Position numbers and translations under genes: made by a program
Assembly (NCBI GenBank): GCA_951406725.2
Contig: OX597819.1
Span: 101,556,001 to 101,620,000, forward strand
From: Octopus vulgaris
Taxonomy: Eukaryota
DNA: 64,000 nucleotides
Reading direction: 5' to 3'
Shown: one piece after another, positions 28,356-41,459 of the stretch
How positions within the stretch are numbered: the stretch's first letter is position 1
How the letters are laid out: the number at the start of each line of letters is the position of its first letter
Notes under the pieces: model-generated
Seen by the model: the letters and a program-made list of their open reading frames with translations, nothing else
The model's database searches: none
What the model was told of the DNA's origin: nothing

Positions 28356-28437
<82 letters not shown>

Positions 28438-28729
28438 GTACATATATAGAGAGAAGGGGAGATACAGTTTATTATTTCTTATCACCGTTGAAGCCTCAAT
28501 TAAGGCAAACATAGCTGATTATATTGAGATAGAGCGGGGAAATATTGCGTATTTATAGCAAATTTCACAGGCGTTACAACTTCAAGTTAGTGTTACATGT
28601 TCTCGGTCTTGGATTTTCGAGAAACTCATAGGAACGACTCGTGCCGTTTCATCTTTGAATGCATAATTATAAGTGTGTACACATACACGTGTGTGTGTGT
28701 ATGTGAGTGCGTGTGTGTGTGTGTGGTGG

Positions 28730-28875
28730 GGTGCGTGGTTTACTTCGCAACGACACGGCTCCGGATTCAGTCCCACAACATGGTACCTTGGGTGAATGTT
28801 CTCTGCTATAGCCTCGGGCCGACCAAAACCTTATCAGTGAATTTGTTAGGTGGAAACTGAAAGAAGCCTGTCGTA
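28730..28875 (+). mobile_element. SINE family A, 5' half
   Basis: ccggattcagtccc..ctatagcctcgggccgaccaaa..gaaactgaaagaagcctgtcg. Confidence 0.8.
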
Positions 28876-29644
28876 CACACACCCAAGCACACACACATGT
28901 GTGTATGTCTGTGTGTGTATCACTGTATTTCATTGAGATCTTGCCATTTATTTAGCAGGTTCCCAACATTTCATTCATTCTGGCCAACACAGCAGTCTGA
29001 GGATAAATTTTCTTAGATCTTTCCATTCAAGTGTTTGTTTCCGAAATGTGTCATGGGCACTGTACCTTCTTCAATGGGATGGTCATTAAACATCTTCATA
29101 TAGCATTTATAATGTTTGCATTATACGGTTTTCTACATATTCTGCAAAATAATATATAACGTTTTATATGTGGTAGTACGTCTATTTCTATGTTATTTTA
29201 CGTGCCTGATTGAATATATGACAGGGTGTTTGTGTGCATATCGTCTGTTGAGCGTACATCGCTATATTTATATTAACTTTGTGTGAATGTATGCGCTTGC
29301 TACTGAAATGTTTCCTATCAAGAAATGGTGTCATGACAGAAAGTCTATGACATTTGTGTTAACATACAACTGTTAACATTGCCAATCATATCTTGAACCA
29401 TAAATTTATATGACCTATATTGCTCGTCGATTCTTTTGTAAATGCATATTTCGTTTATTATTCTCTCGTGAATGAATCATGAGTGGGCATTTAGAATAAG
29501 AAAAGGAAACAAAATACTGGCTCAAAATTATTTTCAATTTACAGTAGCTTTGTTGTCTTTAAACTTCAGTTGGACGTTATTATTAAGTGTTTCTGCTGAT
29601 ATGTGGAAAATATACAGTATATATGAGTATATATATATATATGA

Positions 29645-29716
<72 letters not shown>

Positions 29717-29730
29717 TGTGTGTGTGTTTA

Positions 29731-30020
29731 TGAGAGGTAATAGTGTCAGTGAGACCCAACGGTGTCAGGTAATGCTGATTAAGTGCCATGGATAGAATAT
29801 AGTTAAGTTCCAGATTCGGTGATTATGCGAATAAGGGGTCCAACTTAGGTCATATATCAGCGTGTGTATATAAAAATTTTTTTTCGCAATGAGATAAAAA
29901 AAAACAAGGCTGTGAAGGAATATAATAAATATCTTAGAAACAGCTGTGAGACCTATTCATAAATGTTCTAAGATCTACACAGCCTTGGTTTTTTATCTCA
30001 TTACGAAAACAAAATTTATA
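29731..30020 (-). mobile_element. Fold-back PLE-derived element family FB-A, copy with ~43-bp arms and one broken HHR
   Basis: Tail 29731-29868 homologous to 40346-40478 and 44195-44330; arms 29872-29914 / 29978-30020; GAAACAGCTGTGAGAC in spacer. Confidence 0.85.
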
Positions 30021-30059
30021 TATATATAAATTTTCTGACTTTTATATATATATACATAT

Positions 30060-30270
30060 ATTACGGAGATATACTTGCATAGCAAGTAACCTGATCTGAG
30101 ATCGTGTGCTGAAACGAAAACAAAAAAGGTGCTTATAAGCCATTTAAGAAACACACAAAAACTATTAGATTCACTTCAACATTTATCAAAATATTTTGTC
30201 ATTTGTCAAAATATTTTCGTTGCTTTGAGACCGCCATCTGTACACTGACAAAATCCCGAGCTGCATCTGA
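30060..30270 (-). mobile_element. (TA)n-adjacent PLE-like terminus with hammerhead-shaped remnant
   Basis: Minus strand tttgtca-gtgtaca-gatggc..gcaac-GAAA-atat-TT-tgacaaa (30201-30253): 7-bp stem I but CUGANGA box decayed. Confidence 0.4.
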
Positions 30271-30771
30271 GATATATAACTTTCAATATCGGCGCATTTC
30301 ACTGTTAGGCGGGGAGAGATACGTTACATACATAAACTAAGACACAAACATATATTAACGCACACCTGAATCCTATCTCTATCTCTGTGTGAATCTTTCT
30401 CCGCCTTTGGATGTGTGTGTGTGTGTGTGCCAGTGGTCACAAAGATGTATGTATACTGACAGACACACACACCGTCACACTCATATACTTGTCAGTTATC
30501 GGCATAACGTAGGTAACAAACGTGCGAACACGCGCATATAGAAAATATGACGTCATCGTCATTATGGCGTTGATATAAAATGTCATTTACGATTGTTGAC
30601 TAAACTAAAAATGATAATGTTGGATTTCTCTAATGCAAATATAGGAATTAAAACATAGTTCAGCTGATATCCAAAAGCTTACTTAATCTTTTGACATCCC
30701 ATACGTGAAAATCGGCAACTCGGTTTCGGAATGCATAGCGAGCATACGCACGAATACACATACAAACTCTC

Positions 30772-30820
<49 letters not shown>

Positions 30821-30918
30821 CTTTATGAAAATAGACATGAAAGACAAAAGACGAGGCAGGTGGAAAACAAACGAACAATTGTATTAGTATGGCGCTCAGG
30901 AAATATAAATAAAACAAG

Positions 30919-30956
30919 TCTTTAACGTTTCGAGCCTACGCTCTTCAACAGAAAGA
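30919..30956 (-). ncRNA. Minimal type I hammerhead ribozyme variant (CUGUUGA) in Neptune pLTR
   Basis: tcttt-CTGTTGA-a-gagc-gtag-gctc-GAAA-cg-TT-aaaga; stems I and II perfect, palindromic aacgtt stem III. Confidence 0.8.
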
Positions 30957-31124
30957 TACACAGAGAGAAAAAAACACAGAAAGAAGGAGAGAAAAAAAAT
31001 GCGTGCAGTAGCTTACGAATCAACATGGCGATCTGATTTCGGCCAGAGGTCAAAGATCAAACATGAGACGCGAGAGCGAAATAAGGGGAGATAATAGGGT
31101 TGATAATATGGTTGAAGGACCAGC

Positions 31125-31455
31125 TAATAGTGCGTAGGAGGGGTCTGGACGTGTGTATGTATAGGGTTGGTCTATGTATTAGTATGTATAAGGGTGTGTG
31201 TGTGTGTGTGTATGAGAGAGTATTAGTGCGTAGGATTGGTGTGGACGTGCGTATGTATGGGGTTGGTGTATGTATTAGTATGTATTTGTACGTATTAGTA
31301 TGTATAAGTGTGTGTGTGTGTATGAGAGAGTATAAGTGCGTATGAGGGGTCTGGACGTGTGTATGTATAGGGTTGGTGTATGTATTAGTATGTATTAGTA
31401 TGTATTAGTATGTATTAGTACGTATTAGTATGTATTAGTTGGTGTATGTATTAGT
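31125..31455. repeat. Minisatellite inside PLE 3' region
   Basis: Repeated ggacgtgtgtatgtatagggttggtgtatgtattagtat and (tgtattagta)n. Confidence 0.85.
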
Positions 31456-31796
31456 ATGGCACATCATATATGATGTGATGTGTGAAGTCGTGTGGTGTAG
31501 TGAGGAGAAGAGGGGGGAGAAGGGGTGAGGAGGAGAGGAGGAGGAGAGGGGGAAGAGGAGAGGAGGGGGGAGAGAGAGGAGGGGGAGAAGGAAGGGGAGG
31601 ATGGGGGAGGAAGGAGGAAAGAGGGAGAGGGGGAGTGAGGGAGCAGAGGGAAGGGGAAGAGGGAAGGAGGGAGGGAGAAAGAGGGAAGAAGGGAAGGGGA
31701 GTAGGGGTGAAAGGATGAAGGACTGAAGAAGTAGGGGTCGGGGGGAAAGGATAGGTGAGGAGGGGGGAGAGAGGGGTTAGATGAGGAGGGGAGGGA

Positions 31797-32477
31797 GAGT
31801 TGAGACCAAATGGCGTATAAGAGCGAAGAGAGAAGATTAATTCCTGTTCACGGCGCAAACGGGAATCCGGATGGCCTCTGTGTAAGGACAAACCGAACAC
31901 AGATAGGTGTTGCAAGGAGTGACCGGTGGAGCGGAAATGGCGTGAGACCGGTGTGTCGAAGGTGTTCCGCGAACCGGTCAGCCAAGCGGCGTCCCGTTTG
32001 TCCGATGTACAAGGAATTGCAGAGAGAGCAAGAGATGCAATAGATAATATTGCTGGAGGTGCAGGTGAAGGAGTGGATGATGGGATAGGGTCGATGGTGG
32101 GTGCTAGTGAGGCGGGTGGTGTTAGAGAGGTAAGGGCAAGTGCGGCAACGTGGGCGGGAGCAGGGGAACGAGCCGGGTTGGGAGGTAGGGTCAGGGGAGG
32201 AGCTATGGACCAAAAGGTCTCGAAGGTTGTGGGCTCGTTTGAAAGAGGGGAGGGGTCGGTTAGGGAAGAGGTGTGAAGTGGACGGGTCGGACTGGAGATG
32301 ACGGAAAGCTCGAAGAATGGTGCGTTGGAGACGTAGGGTCGTGGGGTGGTAAGTGAGGGGAAATGGGAGGCGGGAGACTACAGGGCGGGTTCGGGGAGAG
32401 AGAGCAGATACACGGTCCACGGACCGTGCTCTGGCAAGGGCGGTGTGGATAGTGGTGAGGGGGTATCCACGTAGGGT
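31797..32477 (-). pseudogene. PLE RT-thumb, Zn linker and GIY-YIG endonuclease remnant
   Basis: ORF 31848..32420 plus the frame of 31451..31915; deletion/frameshift near 31950. Confidence 0.9.
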
Positions 32478-32492
32478 GAAATATATATATAT

Positions 32493-32990
32493 ACAGCAAT
32501 AAGAAAATGGAGGGGATCAAGAGGTGGTATTCATATCTACTAAATACTTCAGTTCACTGAAGGGATAGAAGTAAAGTGGGGTACTATGACCTCTTGGCTG
32601 AAACAGCTGTAAGAAACTACTCTACTTTTTATGTTTTACGTTATATATTCAAATAATTACTGGTATCTTTATATATGTAAAGCATAATAGGTTATACATG
32701 TATGTATATTGTTATAATTGTCTTTCAAAAAATAAATAAATAAACATAACATAATGTTTAATAGTTGATGAATACCACCTCTTGATCCCTTCCATTTTCT
32801 TATTGCCATATAAATTAAGGGTAAAACAACTGTTTACCCTCACCCACTCATTACATTCAGTAGTGTAATTGCCACGCAATAAAAACACGTGTGTATAAAT
32901 AATTATATATTCTACCAATGGTATATTAGATAGATATTATCCCTTAGTTGGTTAGGTTCACAACCTCTAACTCTCTTGGAATTTTATATG
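32493..32990 (+). mobile_element. Fold-back PLE-derived element family FB-B with HHR remnant and tail
   Basis: 39-bp inverted arms 32496-32534 / 32768-32806 (1 mismatch); GAAACAGCTGTAAGA at 32600-32614; (TA)n on both sides. Confidence 0.8.
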
Positions 32991-33010
32991 TACATTTATC
33001 TATACATATT

Positions 33011-33100
<90 letters not shown>

Positions 33101-33688
33101 TATGCACACACACAGACACATACATATGCATATATATATGCACAAATATATACATATACACATACATATACGTGTACATATATACATATACATATATATA
33201 TATATATACATAGATACATATATATATATACATAGAGAGAGAGAGAGAGAAAGAGACACAGAGAGATACAGGAGACCTTTCACAGGATTCCTTACATGCT
33301 ATATATTTACGATAGTAATATTTATAATTCTGAGGCTATATAAGACACAATTGTGAATTTTTTTATTTACTGCTGGACTATATGCTTACGCATGGACACT
33401 AAGTTCGAATCCATAATGGATAATGATGTAGCTGCCTTGCGAACTTCATTTCAGTACGTATTAGCAATTTCGTAATTATTCATTAATTAGCGATCTCGCT
33501 GACGATGTACAGATTCCAAATTAGTTTATCGGTATTAACTAATTCAATTTTTGGTTCGTTCTGGTGTGATAACAGCGTGCCTCATGAATTCATTTTTTCC
33601 GTGGTCTGGGTTTTAACTGCTTTTTGTAGCATATAACGAGTCCTGTCAAAGGGCTTCTCTCTGTGCACAAAAATATTTTGTGCACTTC

Positions 33689-33762
<74 letters not shown>

Positions 33763-33950
33763 TAGCTAGCTAGATAGATAGATAGATAGATAAAGAGATT
33801 GATATAGATAGAAAGAAAGACATACATATACATACACACATGCACATATATATATATGTATATATATATATGTGTATGTATATATATATATATATGTATA
33901 TGTGTATGTATACGTATATATATGTGTATTTGCATGCGTATATATATTTT

Positions 33951-33982
<32 letters not shown>

Positions 33983-34169
33983 AGTATATATACATATGTA
34001 TACAAAAATACATGCATACATACATGCGTGTAGTTATGTGTGTGTGAGGTGTATGTATACGTGTGTGGTGTGTCTGTGTGTCTGTGTGTGTGTGTGTGAG
34101 TGTGTATGTATGTGCGTGTTATATTTCTCATTTTCATGCAATTATTTTCCAAGATTGCACTGCCACACT

Positions 34170-34440
34170 TGATGCTTAGTAAATAATGACGAGCTGATAC
34201 AATGTAACTTCTGATATAACATTTCTATCTCCTTGTTTTCGTTTGATGCAGATACGCTTTATATCACTACTGATGTAAAAGTTTTTGGTTGTTTTCATTA
34301 ACCCCTGGGTTTTTATATGTATGACTCCGATTTTATCTAGCTTGAAATCAATAGCCAAAATATTGGTATTAATACTGGCCCAGCAATCACATTGTGACTT
34401 ATTGATTTATTGTATGCAAAGAGCTTCGATTGTCATATTA
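34170..34440 (-). mobile_element. Highly decayed R4/Dong RT-thumb fragment
   Basis: NKSISHNVIAGPVLIP../MKTTKNFYISSDIKRICIKRKQGDRNVIS resembles R4-clade NK..A.N..A.PVL..H..SD.DRLY..RK.GGRGL. Confidence 0.6.
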
Positions 34441-35829
34441 TTTTCGCACTGTTTTAGTATTCTCTGATTACAAGCTATTTCTTACAAACACTACTATATC
34501 ATATACTCTCGTAAATCCCAAGTTACTAGTATCATTCATCACCAGATCACCAGACATTAGGGAGATAGACAATTGATAGACACGCCGTCACACTGATTTG
34601 TTTCTTGTTCTTGTTCTGCAGTTAGAGATGAACGATTCTCTTGGCCAAAAACCTTTTCTCCTTCTCGAAGATAATATAGTAACCACATACGGTATTTTTT
34701 CATACGTGTTTCCCTAAAATGCATTTTCAAGCCAACAACGCAAAAGCTTATTTAGACAGCTTATTTCTTTATTTCTTCCCTCCCAGCGACTGTCAAACTC
34801 CCTCGGCATAGGTGATACCGGCGTCACTTTATTTCCAAATATTTTTTCCCAGTTGTGAAATGTCAGTAATAACGAACTTAACTATTCACACATTTTTTGG
34901 AAGCATTTATAAAAATTTCTCAACAAATTATTAGATATTACACGAGAATTTTATAACCCAGGGAATGGGTAAATCTAAGCTTTGTCCTTCTATCGCTAAG
35001 CCAACTGATACGTCAAATCCATTATTAATGAGACGCTTCTAATAAAACGTTAATCATGTTTTAATCTAGCTGTTTTGTACAGGCTGTGGACTTAGAATTG
35101 ATGCGGCCGATACAGCTTCAAAAACAATATATATAAGTACTTTAAGATTCATTGAAAATTCAAGATACAGAAAATTACTGGACTTGTATCGTACATAATT
35201 ATTCAATATAAACAACATTTAATAATATCCCCAACATGACTGCGGAATAATAAAAAAAAAACAGGCGGTTTCGCGGTTGTAGCTGATAAATATTAGACTT
35301 TCTGGCAAATACACTCTTTCAGCTCGTCCTTAATATTGCAGGCAGTGGTTGTTGGCGATTTACTAAAATAGCGATCAGCTAAAAATAGTCCAGAAGTCTG
35401 TAGAGGTATGTCACATGTCGAAGAATTGCATGTTCGTAAAAGTTGCTTGAGATCTTCTTAGCCGTGTATGAGGCTACAGAAACTTGTTGAAACATTCCAG
35501 GGCTTCACCTTCCGGTTTGAATTAAAGATGTGAGGTACCTTGATATGCCCCTCACTACTCATCAAACAGTTATTTTGCCGGCGCAGACTGTATGCACCTT
35601 CAGCTTCATTTTCTATTCCTGAGACGACTTGTATTCTTATAATCTGCCTGGTTTCTCCATTTTTCTAAAGTCAAGCACAACCTGAAAAGGAAATCAACAC
35701 TAGTTTACATCATAAGGCAGGAACTAATATCTCTGTTGTGCTTTAGTGTGCAAGTAGGATAGTGTTATTAAAGAGTCTGAAACGCATGGTTTTGTGTTGT
35801 TTTGCTTTAAGCAGAACTTTTTTTTTTTT

Positions 35830-36075
35830 CTTTGGTAAATTCCTTCCATCTTAAACTTATTCTCCTCGAAATGGTCGTCAGTGGTATTGACTGGACAGTT
35901 GGTGTGAACAACTGTGGAGATATATTGCAACAGCTCCGATTCGCAGATGATGCCGTATCCATCGCCGAATCTACAGGTCAGCTGCAGGCCATGCTAACAG
36001 AGCTGGGCACACATAGTTCAACAGTAAGCCTTAAAATGAACGACGCGAAAACAAAATACATGCGATCGGAAAATA
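35830..36075 (+). mobile_element. RTE-clade reverse transcriptase fragment
   Basis: IDWTVGVNNCGDILQQLRFADDAVSIAESTGQLQAMLTEL..VSLKMNDAKTKYM (FADD catalytic motif). Confidence 0.85.
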
Positions 36076-36184
36076 AAATAGTATTTGTCTAGATATAAGG
36101 TTTCTGGTTTTGGACCATAATTTTTAACAATATCCAACGTTTAAAAACAATTACACATTCACACCCCAAAATTTCATACTGATT

Positions 36185-36870
36185 TAAAATTTTTGCACAA
36201 GGGCAGTAAGTTTGGCAGAGTGGGTAAGTCCATTAGATATACCCCAGTGCTCAACAGATTCTTATTTTATCGATTTCGAAGTAAGAACGTAAATACGGAT
36301 GTATTGCAGCTAAGCATTTTGCCTGGCGTGCTAACGATCCTGCCACCTCAGTAAATTCTTCCAAAACAATTTAATATCAATTATGATAAATAATTAGTTA
36401 TAACCGAAGATTTATTATGATATTGGTTTCAAATTTTGGCTCACGGCCATCAATTTTAAGGAATGACTACAACGTGCATCAGTTTAAGGATGGACTACAA
36501 AGTCGATTACATCGTCCACAGTACTCCAATGGTAAATATTTTAACGACCCGAAAAGAATGAAAGGTAAATTCTAGTTCGGCGAAAATTGAACTGATATCG
36601 TTAAAGGCCGGTATACCGCAAAGCTTTTTCTTTGGCGCGGCACCGATTACACCAAAATTACACTTTGGTTAATCTACAATATTCTTTATTACAACAGGCA
36701 GAAATTCTGGGGCAGAAAGTTAGTCGATTACGTAGATCCCTATACTCATCTGGTACTTATTTCATCGCCCCCCAAAAGGATGAAAAGTAAAGCTGACCTC
36801 GGCTAAATTTGAACTCGGAACGTAAAAACCGGAAGAAATATCGCTAAATGTTTTGTCTAGTGCGGTAGGA
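36185..36870 (-). mobile_element. Cluster of three degenerate SINE family B copies
   Basis: Three same-orientation blocks at ~36185-36350, 36425-36660 and 36690-36870 sharing gtcgattac..ccagt..cttatttt..cgaaaggatgaaagg-like motifs. Confidence 0.7.
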
Positions 36871-37432
36871 AAAGCAACTTATAATAGTTAATCCTGGACG
36901 GATTTGATCTTCGAAACTAAAGATACCTAGTTAATAACTACGTAAAACGACGCTTTAACAACCGCACCATTTCGATACTTGGCAAGCAGGAAAACGTCAA
37001 AATTATTCTTTCGAGTTACTGGATAGTAGCATGAAACCCATAACCTCACATTGTCTTTTCTGGTTAGAAATCTATTTTTGATAGGGAGTGTAATCAAAGA
37101 AATCATAATTACTTAACGTAATACCACAGTGCCTCCTATTTTTTTCCCCACATTTAATATCAATTCCAATATTAATGACATCGTCATACATTTCTTTTAT
37201 TTAATCTCTCCCAGAACTAATATTTCTAACATTTTTTCTCCTTCTCAATTCTGTTTTTTTTCCCCTACATTGGTGGATTCACTGCGACAATTTTTATCCG
37301 TTCTTACCTATCCTCTCTTCTTTACTTATTTTTTTTCTTTGTCTTTCAATCATTCTCTCATTTCTGTGAGATTCTTTTTTTTTTTTCGTGTTCAACATTA
37401 TCAGATCATCCAGTATCTGTCTGTCTCACTGT

Positions 37433-37485
<53 letters not shown>

Positions 37486-37494
37486 CACTCAATA

Positions 37495-37548
<54 letters not shown>

Positions 37549-37625
37549 GGTGCTTCTGGTGCTGCAGTTAATGCTACTACTGTTGCTGTTACTACATGTT
37601 CACACACTTCTGCGTGTGTGCTCGA

Positions 37626-37663
<38 letters not shown>

Positions 37664-37828
37664 GCATTACATTAAGGTGTATGTATGTGCACTTACATGA
37701 TCATCTTGTAGCTATGCATATATCCATATCTTCATATTGTTATTGCTATCTATTTGTGACCCGCTATCATACATGATTAAGTATCTGTAGCTCTCTGCTT
37801 CTTTGACAATTACTATCTGTCTTTCTGC

Positions 37829-37977
<149 letters not shown>

Positions 37978-38135
37978 ACGCTCGTTGTCTTGTTAGTCTG
38001 TCTATCCCTCCGTCGTCTAATTTTTTTTTTCACTTCATTATTCTCAGTCATAATTATATTTTTTTTTTTGTACGTCGCATTTTTCCCCTTCATTTTTGCT
38101 TCCTGTTTTACATCTTGTTTTTATCGCCATCATCG

Positions 38136-38170
<35 letters not shown>

Positions 38171-38456
38171 GTCGTCGTCGTCGTCACCGTCGTCGTCACC
38201 GTCATCGTCATCAACATCATCTTCGTCATCGGCTACGGCGTCGTCGTCGTTCACGTCTCATCATGACCGACCATCGATATATTTATTCATCATCGTCTTC
38301 GTCCTCATTGTCATCATCATCATCATCATTAGCATTGCAGTTGCGGTGGTGGTGGTGATCGTGGGATGATGGTGATGGCGGTGGTGGTGGTGGTGGTGGT
38401 GGTGATGGTGGTTGTTGTCACGATGGTGTTGCTCATCGTCATCGAAAATCATCATT

Positions 38457-38504
<48 letters not shown>

Positions 38505-39299
38505 GTCGTCGTCGTCGTCGTCGTCGTCGTCATCGTCGTCGTTGATATTCCTGTTGTTATTACTTCGGTCGTCTCTTTTACTTTCATTACGTATCAGGTT
38601 TGTCTTTTATAATACATTTTTTTCTCCATGCATGTCTTTATTTTAAGCTATCTCACAAAACCATGTTCATTGCACATACACACACACACTCATGCAATAC
38701 ACAAGCATACACTCACACACTCTCTCCCTGTGTGTATGTGTGACTCTCTGTCTCTCTCTCTCTCTCACTGTTTCTTTACCTGTGTGTGTGTTTGTATGTG
38801 TGTGTGCCTCGTTCACTGTCACCACTCCCGCATTGCTGTCACTACTGCCGTATAATTATATGCATATTTCTCTCTCACTCTCTCCTTCTCTCCTCATCTT
38901 CCTCTATCGCTCTCACCACCACCACCACCATATATTTCCACGTACCTTTATATTTGTACTCCGCCCATCACCCTCGCATAACTTACGTAAAAGAGAATTG
39001 AAGACCAATCATACTCATTATCTTCTTCTTCTTCTTCTTCTTCTTCTTCTTCTTCTTCTTCTTCTTCTTCTCCTCCTCCTCCTCCTCCTCCTCCTTTATT
39101 TCCCGCTTCTCTCATTCTTTCTCATCTCCCCATCTTTTCGCTATTTATCCGAGCTTTTGCTTTAATTTTCCTCTTGAAACCTTTCTTGATTCCCTTCACG
39201 AATCGCATCATTTTTATTACTACTAGTTTCTATTTCTAACACTTTTTCTCTTCCCTCGTTTCTCTCACAACCTTCTCTATCTCTCTCCCTAGCTGTCTG

Positions 39300-39353
39300 T
39301 CTATCTATCTATCTATCTATCTATCTGTCTATCTATCTATATATCTATCTATC

Positions 39354-39384
<31 letters not shown>

Positions 39385-39415
39385 CTACCTATCTATTTAT
39401 CTATCTATCTATCTA

Positions 39416-39451
<36 letters not shown>

Positions 39452-39472
39452 CTATCTATATATCTATCTATA

Positions 39473-39515
<43 letters not shown>

Positions 39516-39516
39516 A

Positions 39517-39569
<53 letters not shown>

Positions 39570-39570
39570 G
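39300..39570. repeat. (TATC)n / (TA)n compound microsatellite
   Basis: Direct reading. Confidence 0.95.
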
Positions 39571-39984
39571 TCTATCTGTCTGTCTGTCTTTCGCGTACCT
39601 TCGAAAAGTACTTTACTTTGTCAAACTTTCACTTTCACTATCACGTTTCCTTTTTTTTATTCACTAATCCCTCTCATTTTCCTCTCATCTATATACTTTC
39701 TTTCCTCATGCACGTGCTCTTGTTCTCTTCATTTCTCTTTTTCTTCGTCTTTCTATCTCTCCATCTAAATCTCCACTGTAATCTCTCTCCTACTCCGTCA
39801 ACATCTTTCACCATGTTACTTGACTATTCCTTTCCAAGAATCCCTCTCGTTCCCGTTCACATACCTATACATTTCATTTCTCTTTTCGCATTCTTCCAGA
39901 GTCTTCATTGAAACAACGCTTTCTCCTTTCTTTTATCTTTGTTCTCTGTTTCCTTCTCTCCCACTCTCCTTTTGCATAAACATC

Positions 39985-40200
39985 TTTGCTTTTTATTTCT
40001 TTCAGTCATTCAACTGCGGCCATATTTGGACACAATTCCGAGAACTATAGTCTAACAGTTGATCGCAGCACTAATTTTTAAGTCTGATACTTACTGTATC
40101 GATCTCTCTATGACCGAACCGCTAAGCTACGGGATGTAAATAAACAATCACATGTTGTTAAACGATGGTGGTAAACAAAATATTCACAACCACGGACACA
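39985..40200 (-). mobile_element. SINE family A, 3' half
   Basis: tttcagtcatt..ctgcggcca..ccgaaccgctaag..gtaaataaaca. Confidence 0.75.
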
Positions 40201-40477
40201 TAGAAATATATATCTATACATGTGTATGTCTGTATGTGTATATATAAATATATATATATGTGTGTGTATCGATATACATGTATGTGTGTTCATATACATA
40301 TATATACATATATATGTATGTATATGTATATATATATATATATATCAAGGGTGTGAGGGGTATTAGTGTCAAAAGACCCAATGGCGTCAGGTAATGCTGA
40401 GTAAGTGCTATGGACAGACTATAGTTAAGCTCCAGGTTCGCTAATGATACGAATAAGAGTCCAACATAGGACGTGTG

Positions 40478-40511
<34 letters not shown>

Positions 40512-40577
40512 AATTGAACAGAATGAGATGAAAATTCCAAGGCTGTGAATAGTTTTCAGAACATTTATAAAGAGAAG

Positions 40578-40625
40578 GTCTTACAGCTGTTTCCGGGATA
40601 TTTTATATATCCCTTCATCAGAGAC
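40578..40625 (-). ncRNA. Minimal type I hammerhead ribozyme
   Basis: gtct-CTGATGA-a-gggatat-ataaa-atatccc-g-GAAA-cagctg-TA-agac; canonical boxes, 7-bp stem II, palindromic stem III. Confidence 0.85.
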
Positions 40626-40860
40626 GGTGCGATCGAATAACGCCGTTTAAAAGATACTATGCTTGGTAAGGCCAATTCTAAACACAATTGGAAATCACGC
40701 AGAAGCTACAGGCAGTTTATATATACACCATTATGCTTAGATAATGGAACTGCAGATACAATATCCTTACGTATCTCACGTCTGTTTTTACATTCCTCCG
40801 CTCTACTCTGTATTTCATATCTTCTCTCTAATAATTATTACTGAAACATATTCTCACAGC

Positions 40861-40908
40861 GTCTCTGATGAAGGGATATATAAAAAATCACGGAAACAGC
40901 TGTAAGAC
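40861..40908 (+). ncRNA. Minimal type I hammerhead ribozyme (stem II weakened)
   Basis: gtct-CTGATGA-agggatatataaaaaatcacg-GAAA-cagctg-TA-agac. Confidence 0.78.
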
Positions 40909-40990
40909 CTTCTCTTTATGAATGTTCTGAAAAATATTCACAGCCTTGTATTTTTTAATGACATTCTGTTAATTTATGTATATATATACA

Positions 40991-41445
40991 TAAAGCAAAT
41001 AAGAAAATGGAGAGGATATAAAATCGTCAAACATCAGCCAGTAAACATTATATTATATCAAGTTATTAAATGATAACTAACATGCATTTAAGTGGTACAA
41101 GTAAACGATTGAGATCAGCCAATAAATGCGTAAACAGATATATAAAGAGAAATTAACGAATAATATTAGATGAGTGTACAGATACACTTAAAACATGTTT
41201 ATTATTATTTAATAAATAAATATAATGGAATGTTTACTGGCTGATGTTTGTCAATTTTATATTCTCTCCATTTTCTTCTTTGCCTTATAAATCCTGGCTA
41301 AATTTCCACTTTACCCCAACCCATACCTAGTATTCAATTGCAATATTGTCATGCAATAATAAGTACCTAGTTAAAAATACGTAGGTGAACATCCAGTAGT
41401 AATTTGGGTATCTCATGGTTTCTTAAGCTCTAACTCATAGTGACA
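40991..41445 (+). mobile_element. Fold-back element family FB-B, second (diverged) copy with tail
   Basis: Arms 40991-41049 / 41229-41287 (about 54/59 match, weaker extension inward); terminus gcaa(a)taagaaaatggag and tail ending ctctaactc shared with the 32493 copy. Confidence 0.8.
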
Positions 41446-41459
41446 TACGTATATATGTA

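Larger units (their letters stand above)
30820..32478 (-). mobile_element. 5'-truncated Neptune-type Penelope-like retroelement with 3' pLTR
   Basis: LRGYP RT thumb, CSRPRCRTC linker, NIIYCISCSLCNSLYIGQTGRRLADRFAEH GIY-YIG, frameshifted REQELIFSLRSYTPFGLN; HHR downstream; (TA)n at both ends. Confidence 0.92.
40346..40976 (-). mobile_element. Fold-back PLE-derived element family FB-A, long copy with two hammerheads
   Basis: Tail 40346-40478, (TA)n, ~122-bp inverted arms 40511-40632 / 40854-40976. Confidence 0.9.

Noticed and set aside
33663-33685. 10-bp-arm hairpin gtgcacaaaa/ttttgtgcac
   Set aside because: Too short and isolated to interpret
35540-35682. Minus-strand exon after strong acceptor ttgatttccttttcag
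   Set aside because: Stops in all three frames; at best non-coding, no support
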